This document shows positions 55,591 to 64,000 of a stretch of DNA of 64,000 bases, in pieces. Within the stretch, counting starts at the first letter, position 1. Each line of letters starts with the position of its first letter. This stretch comes from a virus. The stretch is from positions 1 through 64,000 of IMG/VR virus record IMGVR_UViG_3300046740_000358; one strand, 5' to 3'. The translations under genes and the position numbers were made by a program. Under the pieces are notes generated by a model that had not been told where the DNA came from, searched no databases, and worked only from the letters and a program-made list of their open reading frames with translations.

Positions 55591-55833
55591 TTACGGATAT
55601 GTGTAGCCAAGTACCTTGCGGATCTGACGCTTGAACACCGCGCGTCGCGCGCTCGTCATTCCGTCGACGTTCGATCGTGCGGCGGCGAGCGCCTCTATCG
55701 CTGCGTCAATCTCGCGCGTCGCGCTAGAGCCGACCCACCTATTGCCGCCTCGGACGGCGGCGCGTGCGACGCGTATCGCATTGCGCGCATTTTTCAACCA
55801 TTCGAGCGTTGCCTTTGTTGCGATCTTGTCCAC
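55591..55833 (-). CDS. Hypothetical basic protein
   Basis: SD GGAGGT. Confidence 0.55.
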   Translation of the reverse strand: MDKIATKATLEWLKNARNAIRVARAAVRGGNRWVGSSATREIDAAIEALAAARSNVDGMTSARRAVFKRQIRKVLGYTYP

Positions 55834-55834
55834 G

Positions 55835-56101
55835 TCAGACCTCCACTTGCGCGTCGTGCGCGGCTAGAAATTGCTCCCAAAGTTGAAGCTTCAACTCGTG
55901 CCAGAAACCGAGAACGGCCTTCCGTGACAGCGCGCGGAGTCGGTTCGGATTCTTGCGGCAAGCCATGCCGCGCATCATTCGAACCACTGCGCGATACGAG
56001 AGACCCGTTCGGAATGCCGAGTATCCCGGCACCCCCCCTCCCCATTTCGCGTCCCTGTAAGCGTCTCGCTTGCTCACGGACCGCTTGCGTGCGCCCGTCA
56101 T
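55835..56101 (-). CDS. Hypothetical protein
   Basis: ATGA-coupled. Confidence 0.55.
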   Translation of the reverse strand: MTGARKRSVSKRDAYRDAKWGGGVPGYSAFRTGLSYRAVVRMMRGMACRKNPNRLRALSRKAVLGFWHELKLQLWEQFLAAHDAQVEV

Positions 56102-56328
56102 CGGCGGACCTTTCGCTTGTACGGTCCGACCATGACCCCCCCATCGACCCCCTCGCCCGTAACGGCGTCCACTGCCGGAAAGTGCCGAATGTCCAGACAC
56201 CCCGCCTCTGCTACGCGCTCTGAGAATGCGTTTCGCTCTGCGATCGTCGCAAATACCGCGTGATAGTCGGCCGGACCCATGTCTCCGCTATTCCACGACA
56301 CCCCGAAACCGTTAGCCTCCGATGTCAT
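56098..56328 (-). CDS. Hypothetical protein
   Basis: ATGA-coupled. Confidence 0.55.
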   Translation of the reverse strand: MTSEANGFGVSWNSGDMGPADYHAVFATIAERNAFSERVAEAGCLDIRHFPAVDAVTGEGVDGGVMVGPYKRKVRR

Positions 56329-56654
56329 CGGCGGACCTTCCCTTTGCACGCGGCGCAGAGCGATTCATCTACCTCCGCCGCTTGCTTGCCGCACCCGTCG
56401 CAATCGTGAAACGGTTCACCCGTCCTTGCGTCAATCCCGCGTGCCGTCGCGAACGCCACGATCGCGCGGCGCAATCCCTTCGCCGTCCCACCTACGGACG
56501 GAAAGAGCACCCCAGCCTGCGCGGCGTATGCCCGCGCGCGACGCATTCCCTCGGCCCTCGACACGCCCTTGTCCATGCCCATCTCGCCCGTAGCGTGTTC
56601 GGTCCAAGAGAAAGCATCCTGCAAAACCAACCGGAGATTTGTCGTCGTCGCCAT
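56325..56654 (-). CDS. Hypothetical protein (C-terminal CxxC pairs), leaderless
   Basis: Promoter directly upstream. Confidence 0.6.
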   Translation of the reverse strand: MATTTNLRLVLQDAFSWTEHATGEMGMDKGVSRAEGMRRARAYAAQAGVLFPSVGGTAKGLRRAIVAFATARGIDARTGEPFHDCDGCGKQAAEVDESLCAACKGKVRR

Positions 56655-56661
56655 GTAGAAG

Positions 56662-56750
56662 AGTATACAGACGATATCGGCGCTATCAATACCTCCTAGA
56701 CCGATATCTATCTACAACGTCACTTTATGACGCCGTGCGCCGATATCGCT
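56662..56750 (-). promoter_or_regulatory. Promoter with three CGATATC operator-like sites
   Basis: TTGATA-16-TATACT-7-ATG; CGATATC at about 56672, 56702 and 56741. Confidence 0.65.
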
Positions 56751-56966
56751 CTGAGCCCCTACAGAACGCGCCTAGACCCGCCGATGCCTCTCCTATGCCC
56801 ATGCCCCTCCCCGTCGTTTCCGTGCGCGTACGGCTCGCAACGTTGCTCACGTGCCGCGCCCTTGACCAACGTCTGCCTGCCGACGTGCGCGCGGCCTACC
56901 TGCGATCGGCGTGGCGCCTACTGCGCGACGTAGCTACCGAGTAGCCCGCCAGCGCGGCGCCTGCCG

Positions 56967-57362
56967 TCACGACCGGAACGCGGGGGAGACCGCGAGCCAG
57001 TAGCCCTGGCCAGCGGGAGGGACCGTCTGCTGGTGGCCGGCGTTGTCCGTGATGACGAAACGGAGATCGTGGTTGCTCCCAGGAGGGACGACGGGCCCCC
57101 CGGTAGAAAGCCAGTCGATCCAGATGGTGCCGCGCTTCACTGTGGGCGAGGTCTGCCGGATGACCACGCCGCGGGTGACCTTGGGATCGGTTGTGACCCG
57201 GTTCTGGTACTCGACGACAACCGTCTTGAACGTCAGGTCGGCGTTCTGCAGGTTCATCGGCAGGCCGACGATCGAAGGGGCCACGGGCGCGTCCAGGAGC
57301 ACGATCTCCTCGAGGGGGCCGGTGTCGCCGGGGCCGAGGGCAATGTCGGGAACTGCGCTCAT
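56967..57362 (-). CDS. BppU-like fibre-attachment protein
   Basis: GDT.PL...L.D, G.....W, F........TVP..G pattern; follows the fibre gene. Confidence 0.6.
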   Translation of the reverse strand: MSAVPDIALGPGDTGPLEEIVLLDAPVAPSIVGLPMNLQNADLTFKTVVVEYQNRVTTDPKVTRGVVIRQTSPTVKRGTIWIDWLSTGGPVVPPGSNHDLRFVITDNAGHQQTVPPAGQGYWLAVSPAFRS

Positions 57363-57374
57363 GTTGGTGTGCTC

Positions 57375-60191
57375 CTACGTGGCCTGTGGGTCGGGCTTCA
57401 CAACGATGATAGACGCATGCCCCCCCGGGAACCTAGCGGCGGCATGACCGCGCGGGAAGACGGCGCCGGCGTGACGGCGAAGGTGGGCGATGGTATCGGG
57501 CAGGATCCAGAGCGCGCCCGCCGCAGCGAAGGACTTGACGATGACGGTCGCAGTGCCGGTGATGAAGGTCGACCCGCTGACCCCGCTGGCGGTCACAGCG
57601 AAGGGGGCGAGCGCGGCGGCGACCTGGGCGACGTAGGTCTCGAGGCCAGAGCCAGCAGCACCAGCGGGCGGGATAGCGGCAGATCCGCTCCCCGTGATGG
57701 TCTCAGTGCCGGCGCCAGCGGCGGCGGGGGAGCGCGCGGCCGCGCTGCCCGAACCCGAGAACGTCTGGACCGCGGCGGCCAAGGCAGCGAAGGAGGCCAA
57801 GGCGGCGGCTCCCGTGCCGGTGATCCCGTTGACCGCCGATCCCGTTGCGGTGGCGGCGAAGGGTTGCTCAGCGGCCGACCCCGTCCCGGTGAACGTCTCG
57901 CCCCCAGAACTCGCGGCGGCGAAGGCTTGGAGCGCGGCCACTAGCGCCCCCGTGAAGGTCTCCGCGCCCGAACCTGCAGCCGCGAACGGGGACACCGCCG
58001 CGCTGCCGGCGCCGATGATGCCCCCGGTGGTGCCAGCGCCGCTGGCGGCGAATGCCTGGAGGGCGGCGGCCACCGTGGCGGTGAACGTCTCCAGGGCGGC
58101 GGCAGACGCCCCGAACGGCGCCAAGGCGGCCGAGGCGGTGGCTGTGAAGGTCTCCGCCCCAGTGGCGCTCGAGGCGAAGGGCGAGGCCGCTGCCGAGGCG
58201 GTGCCGCTGATCCCGCTTCCGCTGACCCCGGTGGCCGCCGCCGCGAATGCCTGGACCGCCGCGACAGCCGCCGCCGTGAAGGTCTCGAGCGCGGCGGCCG
58301 CTGCACCGAAGGGCTGGGTGGCGGCGCTGGCCGTCCCCGTGAACGTCTGCGCGCCCGAGCTCGCGCCCGCGAAGGGCTGCTCAGCCGCGGATCCAGATCC
58401 GCTGTAGGTCTCGGCTCCCGCTCCCGCCGCGCCGAACGGAGCCTCGGCCGCCGATGCCGTGGCAGTGTACAGTTCCGTCCCGATGGCTGCAGCGGCGAAG
58501 GGGGACTCGGCCCCACTTCCGCTCCCAGAGAATGTCTCGGCGCCGGCGCCGCTCCCAGCGAACGGGGCCTCAGCCGCCGCGCCCGATCCGGCGAAGGTCT
58601 CGGCGCCAGCGCCGGCCGCGCCGAATGGCGACACCGCAGCCGAGGCGGTGCCCCAGATCGCAGATACCAAGCCAGACCCACTTGCAGAAAACGGCGAGAC
58701 CGCCGCCGCCGCAGTCGAGGTGAACGTCTCCGCGCCAGCGCCAGCCACGGCCACGGGTGGGAGCGCCGCCGACCCGGTGCCGCTGTAGGTCTCGGTGCCA
58801 GATCCCGATCCCCCAAAGGGGGACGCAGCGGCGGCTCCCGTGCCGGTGAAGCCGCTCGTGCCCTTGCGAACGCGAACCAATAGCCCAGGGCCGCGGAGGT
58901 TCGTCGATGTTCCGCCGATCGTGGCCGTCATCGTGACGGCGGTGCTGCCAGACGCGGCGGTGACGGTCGCGACGGCCGCCAGCCCGCCGATGTCGTTGCC
59001 CGTGGCGATCTTGAAGTCGGCGATCTCGGAGACGGTCCCCGTCGTCAGTCCCGTGCCCGTGAACGCCTCGGCAGACGCCCCGCTGGCGATGTCCGTCGGA
59101 GAGCACATCAGCCCGATCAGGACGTCCGCCGCCGCGACGTCCACCGCCCCGAACGTCAGCGACACGTTGCCAGCGCTCGTGTCCTCGGCGTCGGACGTCG
59201 CGAAGTCGTAGGTGCCGTTGTTGGATCTGACCTGGATGAAGAACGCCCACGCGACGTTGTTAGTGCCGGTCGTGATCGTCAGCGTTCCGGACTCGCTCCC
59301 CGTGACCGTGTCCTTTTTGTAGAGGTATAGATTGGTGTTGCCAGTGTCAGCGCCGAGGGTCGCGCCGTAGCCTCCGGCCGCGAGCTTCGACGCCAGCAGG
59401 GTGAACCCGGCCGGCGTGGTGACGGTCCCCCCGTTCGCTGTCGACGGCTTCTGACCGACAACCAGCAGCAGGCCGTCGTCGGCTGTGAGAGACGGGTACG
59501 TCGGCGTGGGGTTCGTCGCGCTGTTGGCCACGGCGCTGATGGCGATGTACTCGATGTCACCGGGAACTGGCAGCCGCACCAAGTGCGCCTGCATCTTGAC
59601 GGTGCCCGTCGTGTAGGTCGGGGTGACGCTGAACGTCCCCATCGCCCCCGCTGACAGGTTCTCCTTGGTGGCGACTGCGATGTTCGCCCAGTCTCGGTGA
59701 ACGTCGGCGCGCTCCGTTGCGCTGTTCGTCCAGGACGCAAAACTGGTGTTCGAGCCGACGTTCTCGTCCGCCATCATCACGGCAATGGCGATGTCGTCTC
59801 CGGCGACTGCGGTCACGTTGTTGGTCGGCGTCCCGGTCGCCCCGCTAGCTACGCTGGCGCCCGCCTTGAAGTCGACGACCCAGGCCCCCTGAGTGCGTCC
59901 GCTCCACGCGGTGGCAATCCAAGCGTGCTCCCAAGTGCCGCCGTTGAATGGGAATGACCACGGGGCGCTAGCGACCTCAGCCGCGTTTTTCTGGAACGTG
60001 TAAAGCGTCTGCCCGCCGACGGAGTCGGTGTCCTGGCGCAGGAGCGTGAACCCAGACGGCGCGGCGACGGTGTTGTCGACGTTCACCATCATCTGGACCA
60101 AGATCCTATCCCCCGCCGACGCGCCGGCAGGCGCCGACACGGACGCGGCCGTTCCCACCCCGGTCCCAGATGATGCGCCTACGTACGCCAT
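57375..60191 (-). CDS. Long virion fibre: two N-terminal beta domains plus about 21 repeats of about 21 aa
   Basis: Repeat unit (T/S)G(T/S)(G/A)SAAxxPFxAxxxGxETF. Confidence 0.8.
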   Translation of the reverse strand: MAYVGASSGTGVGTAASVSAPAGASAGDRILVQMMVNVDNTVAAPSGFTLLRQDTDSVGGQTLYTFQKNAAEVASAPWSFPFNGGTWEHAWIATAWSGRTQGAWVVDFKAGASVASGATGTPTNNVTAVAGDDIAIAVMMADENVGSNTSFASWTNSATERADVHRDWANIAVATKENLSAGAMGTFSVTPTYTTGTVKMQAHLVRLPVPGDIEYIAISAVANSATNPTPTYPSLTADDGLLLVVGQKPSTANGGTVTTPAGFTLLASKLAAGGYGATLGADTGNTNLYLYKKDTVTGSESGTLTITTGTNNVAWAFFIQVRSNNGTYDFATSDAEDTSAGNVSLTFGAVDVAAADVLIGLMCSPTDIASGASAEAFTGTGLTTGTVSEIADFKIATGNDIGGLAAVATVTAASGSTAVTMTATIGGTSTNLRGPGLLVRVRKGTSGFTGTGAAAASPFGGSGSGTETYSGTGSAALPPVAVAGAGAETFTSTAAAAVSPFSASGSGLVSAIWGTASAAVSPFGAAGAGAETFAGSGAAAEAPFAGSGAGAETFSGSGSGAESPFAAAAIGTELYTATASAAEAPFGAAGAGAETYSGSGSAAEQPFAGASSGAQTFTGTASAATQPFGAAAAALETFTAAAVAAVQAFAAAATGVSGSGISGTASAAASPFASSATGAETFTATASAALAPFGASAAALETFTATVAAALQAFAASGAGTTGGIIGAGSAAVSPFAAAGSGAETFTGALVAALQAFAAASSGGETFTGTGSAAEQPFAATATGSAVNGITGTGAAALASFAALAAAVQTFSGSGSAAARSPAAAGAGTETITGSGSAAIPPAGAAGSGLETYVAQVAAALAPFAVTASGVSGSTFITGTATVIVKSFAAAGALWILPDTIAHLRRHAGAVFPRGHAAARFPGGHASIIVVKPDPQAT

Positions 60192-60217
60192 CTAAAGCGC
60201 GGCCTCCGCGCCGCGAG

Positions 60218-60511
60218 TTACTTGGCCTTAGGGGTGACGGTGCCAACCGCGCTGACGGCAGGACCTGCCACGCCGGCCGTGCCGGTGTTGTCGCCAGTGG
60301 CGACCGTGCCGGGGCGCTCCGGGAACACGGGCAGCGTCGACTCGTCTGTGATGAACTCGGCTTCGTGGATCATCACCCAGCCCTCACGTCCGTGCATGCG
60401 CTCGCACTCGGCCTTGATGGGCGCCTGCTGCGCCTCCGTGGGAGGGGAGCGGAACGCATGGGAGGTCACGATCCCCGCCTTCTGATGCCGAACAAAGTAG
60501 ACCTTCGCCAT
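60218..60511 (-). CDS. Hypothetical protein
   Basis: SD AAGGAG. Confidence 0.65.
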   Translation of the reverse strand: MAKVYFVRHQKAGIVTSHAFRSPPTEAQQAPIKAECERMHGREGWVMIHEAEFITDESTLPVFPERPGTVATGDNTGTAGVAGPAVSAVGTVTPKAK

Positions 60512-60520
60512 GGGGACTCC

Positions 60521-60931
60521 TTACGCGGCCTGAGTGATCGACAGGGAGGTGACGGCGACCGCAGCGCCGGCCGAGATGGCTACGCTGTTCAGGTTCAGGT
60601 TCGCGCCCGACGTCCCGACGCTGCCGTCCAAGACCGCGTCTCCGCGGGTGCCTCCCGACTTCACCAGCGAGAACCAAGTGGCGGTCCCGGCGGCGTTCGC
60701 GCTCGAGTCGGAGGTGATGGCGTTGGCGGCCTTGGCCCCGGCGGACGCAGCGGCGAACGCCGTGGCGTTCAGGGTGAGTTCGGCCAGCAGGACCTGGGCG
60801 CCCAGGGCGGTATCCGCGTCCGTTGGCTGGGTGCCGTCATAGATCCGAAGGAACCCACCGTTGAGCGGGTCGAAGCCGGCGTTAAGGGCGAGGTTTCGCG
60901 ATGCCGCCGCGGTCTTCGGGTTGAGCGCCAT
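60521..60931 (-). CDS. Virion structural protein (minor tail / fibre subunit), leaderless
   Basis: LRIYDGTQP..AD, GTATWF, DGSVGTSGA.LNL; TTGAGG-18-TATCCT-7-ATG. Confidence 0.8.
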   Translation of the reverse strand: MALNPKTAAASRNLALNAGFDPLNGGFLRIYDGTQPTDADTALGAQVLLAELTLNATAFAAASAGAKAANAITSDSSANAAGTATWFSLVKSGGTRGDAVLDGSVGTSGANLNLNSVAISAGAAVAVTSLSITQAA

Positions 60932-61003
60932 GCCAGCAAGGATAGGGCCGGGGGCTCGGACCCCTCAACAACGGGGCCGAGACTTGCGTACGTACCAGCA
61001 TGG

Positions 61004-61420
61004 TCAGGTCATCAAGATCGGCTCGAACCAGTGCCGGATGTTCCCAGTCTTGCCGGTGGCCTCTTCGGCTCCTGGCATCCCGAAGGCCGTCAGGACACGC
61101 GCGCACTCCGTATCATCAGGTGGCCGCCCGCGCTTCTCGATAGCCAGCCACCAATAGATGGCGTCCGCCTTCTCTGGCGAGGTCTCCTTGCCCAGACGCG
61201 ACACGACCACAAGCCCGCCATACGACCACGCTTCCGAGTCCGCTGGCGCCGGCAGTCGGGTCCAGTGCGATGGCGGGCGGCGTGGCCGCCGCGGGTCCGC
61301 TGGCGGGTGGTGCGACGCCCGGAACATCCGCTCGGCGAGCTTCTCCACGGCCGCGCGCTCGGCGGCGGCGCCCTTGAATGGCTCGTCTTCGACTCGGTAG
61401 CGGCGCGTTTTTGTCTTCAT
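61004..61420 (-). CDS. Hypothetical protein
   Basis: ATGA-coupled. Confidence 0.6.
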   Translation of the reverse strand: MKTKTRRYRVEDEPFKGAAAERAAVEKLAERMFRASHHPPADPRRPRRPPSHWTRLPAPADSEAWSYGGLVVVSRLGKETSPEKADAIYWWLAIEKRGRPPDDTECARVLTAFGMPGAEEATGKTGNIRHWFEPILMT

Positions 61421-61617
61421 ATCGTCTGCTCGAGGCGCATGCAGTCTGGGCAAAACACCTTCGGGTAGTGGTCGACGTCCCAGCCGCCTGCTGCGGCGTT
61501 ACCGATCAGGGCGTCGTCGTTTTCCCCGGGCTGGGAGACCTCGATCTCTTTGCACGGCTTGCCCGCGTCGTCGGTGCCGTCGCACCGCAGGACGCGGACC
61601 ATCTCCAGCGTGATCAC
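61417..61617 (-). CDS. Small zinc-binding protein
   Basis: CDG...C...GW.....FCPDC. Confidence 0.6.
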   Translation of the reverse strand: MITLEMVRVLRCDGTDDAGKPCKEIEVSQPGENDDALIGNAAAGGWDVDHYPKVFCPDCMRLEQTI

Positions 61618-62498
61618 TTCGACTCCCCCATGGCCGCGCGCAGTTCGCGGACGTAGGGCTCATAGACGACTCGGATCGTCTCCTCAGCCAGCGCGTATTC
61701 TGGGTTGGCGTACTGGGTGACCTCGCCGCCGGGGGACATGCGAAGGGACGAGAAGTGCCAGGCTACGAGTGTTCCACCGGCAACCGACGGTCCGTGCCGA
61801 GGTTCGTCCGGTCCGATCGCAGCCGCTTGGCTAGGCGCGAACTTCTTCGAGGTCCACGGCCCCGGGAACGCCCACGGGGGCAGGATGCTGGCCCCGCGAA
61901 TAAGTGACAGCTCCTCCAGGAACTTCTGGTCCGCGAACTTCCCGTCTTCGGCGCGGAAGTAGCACCACGCGCGGGTCATGTCCGCCCAGCGACGGGCGAT
62001 CTCCGCATCCCGCATGATGACCGACCCGCTGTTGTGGACGCCGTACAACTCGGCGTGGCTTTCGTGGGTGATGCCGGGGAGGCCCTCGGCGGCGCACGCG
62101 AAGTAGTGGGGCATGAGGCCCATCGGCGCTTGGTGCAACTCAACTTGTTCGAACAGCGGCTCGGGCGAGGAGAAGAAATAGAGATCGGCGTCGAGTTGGC
62201 ACACTGAATCGACAACGCCCCCGCGAAGTAGCAGCGCGGTCAGGTCGCCGCGCGCCGACCACATGCGCTCGTGCAGCGTCCGCGGCGGGCCCGGCAACTT
62301 ACAGGTCATCCACGCCTCGGCGAGCTCGGGATGCGCCACCACGCCTCCCGCGTTCGGGCCCTCGGCCCAGGCCGTGACGTCGTCATCCCACGGCAGAACG
62401 TTGAGGGTGAACGGCGCGCAGTGCCGCACCATCGAGGCGTGCAGCACCTTCAGGCGTGGAATGAACGCGCGATCGCAAACCGTGACGTAGTGTCTCAT
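61614..62498 (-). CDS. GT-A fold glycosyltransferase
   Basis: LDADLYFFS.P, PH.F, G..N.G, W...WC, F.DQK.L, HFS. Confidence 0.85.
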   Translation of the reverse strand: MRHYVTVCDRAFIPRLKVLHASMVRHCAPFTLNVLPWDDDVTAWAEGPNAGGVVAHPELAEAWMTCKLPGPPRTLHERMWSARGDLTALLLRGGVVDSVCQLDADLYFFSSPEPLFEQVELHQAPMGLMPHYFACAAEGLPGITHESHAELYGVHNSGSVIMRDAEIARRWADMTRAWCYFRAEDGKFADQKFLEELSLIRGASILPPWAFPGPWTSKKFAPSQAAAIGPDEPRHGPSVAGGTLVAWHFSSLRMSPGGEVTQYANPEYALAEETIRVVYEPYVRELRAAMGESK

Positions 62499-62866
62499 GT
62501 TGCCTTCCTAGGAACGGTCACCGCCCGTGCGGCGTCGAGGGCCGCGAGGATTGTTCCGATCGAACAGCCAGTCTCGTGGGCAGGCGCCGGTTCGAATGCG
62601 TGAAATACGACGCCACATTCGTAACACGCCGTTTCTTCGCGGTCGGAGATCCATTCCAGCCGGCGCAGCGCCGCCTCCATCTCCGGGGCGAGGCGGATCA
62701 ACTCACCAGCCAGGGGCGACGCCAAGCGGACGTTCGGATCGTCGAAGTCGAACTCTCCGGAGATGACCTCGCGTCCATTCGCATCTTCGAGCCGCCAAGG
62801 CTTCCGAATGCCTCCCGAATCCGTCGTCATGGCCCACTGCCACGGCGCTGGGTGCTTGTCGCTCAT
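62495..62866 (-). CDS. Hypothetical protein, paralog of 14944..15444
   Basis: Shared motifs. Confidence 0.7.
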   Translation of the reverse strand: MSDKHPAPWQWAMTTDSGGIRKPWRLEDANGREVISGEFDFDDPNVRLASPLAGELIRLAPEMEAALRRLEWISDREETACYECGVVFHAFEPAPAHETGCSIGTILAALDAARAVTVPRKAT

Positions 62867-63153
62867 CTGCCTTCCGCCCTTCTGTTGACCGCTTCGATTT
62901 CATCCCTTGGGTAGCCAAGCACCATCATCAACGTTGCGATCTGCACGTCGAGGCGCATCCGGATCAGGCGCCTCTCGTCGGCGTCGGGCTCCGTGGGAGT
63001 CAGCCACCCGTCCGGCTCAATCCAGCCGACGCGCGCCTCGTCCTGGATGTACAGCAGCGATTGCAGCAGTTCCTGGCTGGCCATCGTCCGCACGGGCCCC
63101 GGTGTGCTGATGGCTGCCGCGGCGATGACGCCGATGTCTTCCATCCGCGTCAC
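62863..63153 (-). CDS. Hypothetical protein
   Basis: Coupled ORF. Confidence 0.55.
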   Translation of the reverse strand: MTRMEDIGVIAAAAISTPGPVRTMASQELLQSLLYIQDEARVGWIEPDGWLTPTEPDADERRLIRMRLDVQIATLMMVLGYPRDEIEAVNRRAEGR

Positions 63154-63929
63154 CGCGACACCAACGTTCTTTCCGCCCAGTGGATAGGGCTGTCATCCTT
63201 GGACGACGCGAGCCACGCCGTTTCCTTTGCGATCGCCCCCAGCACCCCCGGGCCGTAGCCGCGGCCCGAGTAGATATTCTTGATGACGTTCGACGGCTGG
63301 CACTCCGAGGCGAAGGCTACCCGGTGGAACACGTCCCATGCTTGCCCATTCGGCGTGACGTGGATGCTCGGGCGGTCGACCCACATCGACAAGTGCAGCA
63401 GCATCGACCCGTTCACGTGCTGACCAGGGCCTGGGCGGTCCATCAGGCAGCCGGTCACGCGCTTGCCGTTGGCCAAGGCGCGATCGTGCTCGATCCTCAG
63501 CCGGTCAATCCAGTCGACCGACAGGGGGCACCCGTCGTGCTCGATCGTGAACACGGACGGGCGCCCGTGGCCAGCCTGCCATTGCTCGGCGAGCGTCCAC
63601 ACCGTCCCTGCCCACAGCGCGTTCGCTCCGTCGGGGTGGCTAGTGCGGGGCTCTTTGCCGACCTCATCCATGGGGTCCTTGATGGCCAGCGCCATCGTCG
63701 GGATCTTCTCTCGGCACCGCGCCAGCGTCGCCTGCAGGTCCGGCGAGTCTGGGCAGTCGGCCCGCCGGCACAGCGCCAGCGCGACATCGCATCGGGGTTT
63801 TGCCTCGATGTCCGCCAGCAGTCGCGCGAGCCGGAGGGCGAGCTCGGCGTCACCGCTCCAGTATTGAAGCGCGATCACGAAACCTTCCATTGGCGTGTCC
63901 ACGTAGTTGCTCTCCATCGGTGCTGGCAT
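63150..63929 (-). CDS. Putative glycosyltransferase-like protein
   Basis: HP.G.N, IEHD..PL..DW, HVNG, WD; near the GT gene. Confidence 0.55.
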   Translation of the reverse strand: MPAPMESNYVDTPMEGFVIALQYWSGDAELALRLARLLADIEAKPRCDVALALCRRADCPDSPDLQATLARCREKIPTMALAIKDPMDEVGKEPRTSHPDGANALWAGTVWTLAEQWQAGHGRPSVFTIEHDGCPLSVDWIDRLRIEHDRALANGKRVTGCLMDRPGPGQHVNGSMLLHLSMWVDRPSIHVTPNGQAWDVFHRVAFASECQPSNVIKNIYSGRGYGPGVLGAIAKETAWLASSKDDSPIHWAERTLVSR

Positions 63930-64000
63930 TCTTGGTTCTCTGCTCGCTCGAAGTGGGCGCCGAAGGACGCGTGCCCCGGCAAGGGCACGTACCTCTCACG

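Noticed and set aside
57510-58850. Periodic 63-bp repeats as a CRISPR or other DNA array
   Set aside because: In-frame degenerate protein repeats with synonymous variation; no constant repeat with unique spacers, and no cas genes.

Overview
GC-rich tailed-phage DNA (phage or prophage; no integrase, att site or host genes visible) with a contractile tail. Almost all genes are on the minus strand. Modules from left to right: RecT/YqaJ recombination; PRAI-like TIM barrel; DnaB, putative loader and replication initiator with an internal origin and a structured 5' leader; DUF3268, DUF1643 and a C5 DNA methyltransferase with repeated TRD-like units; small accessory genes; RusA; secreted and membrane proteins; tail fibre and baseplate, interrupted by an island carrying an initiator tRNA inside a larger structured non-coding region; tape measure, frameshifting tail chaperone, tube, sheath, neck, DUF2184 capsid, DUF2213 protease and MuF; a portal gene inverted relative to its neighbours; TerL/TerS. 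Divergent from TerS is a plus-strand cassette of two basic peptides both ending in GKGGG, a PP-loop (PAPS-reductase-like) enzyme and a frameshifted ParB-like gene. After it come an NTase/ASCH/DUF3560-MTase accessory region and a second structural module (repeat fibre) beside glycosyltransferases. Top candidates for new biology: the GKGGG-peptide/adenylase/ParB cassette (possible peptide-to-DNA or peptide-to-protein conjugation), the structured RNA around the tRNA-fMet, the RNA switch before the replication initiator, and the widespread leaderless promoters. Family names were assigned by eye from motifs and synteny, not from database searches.
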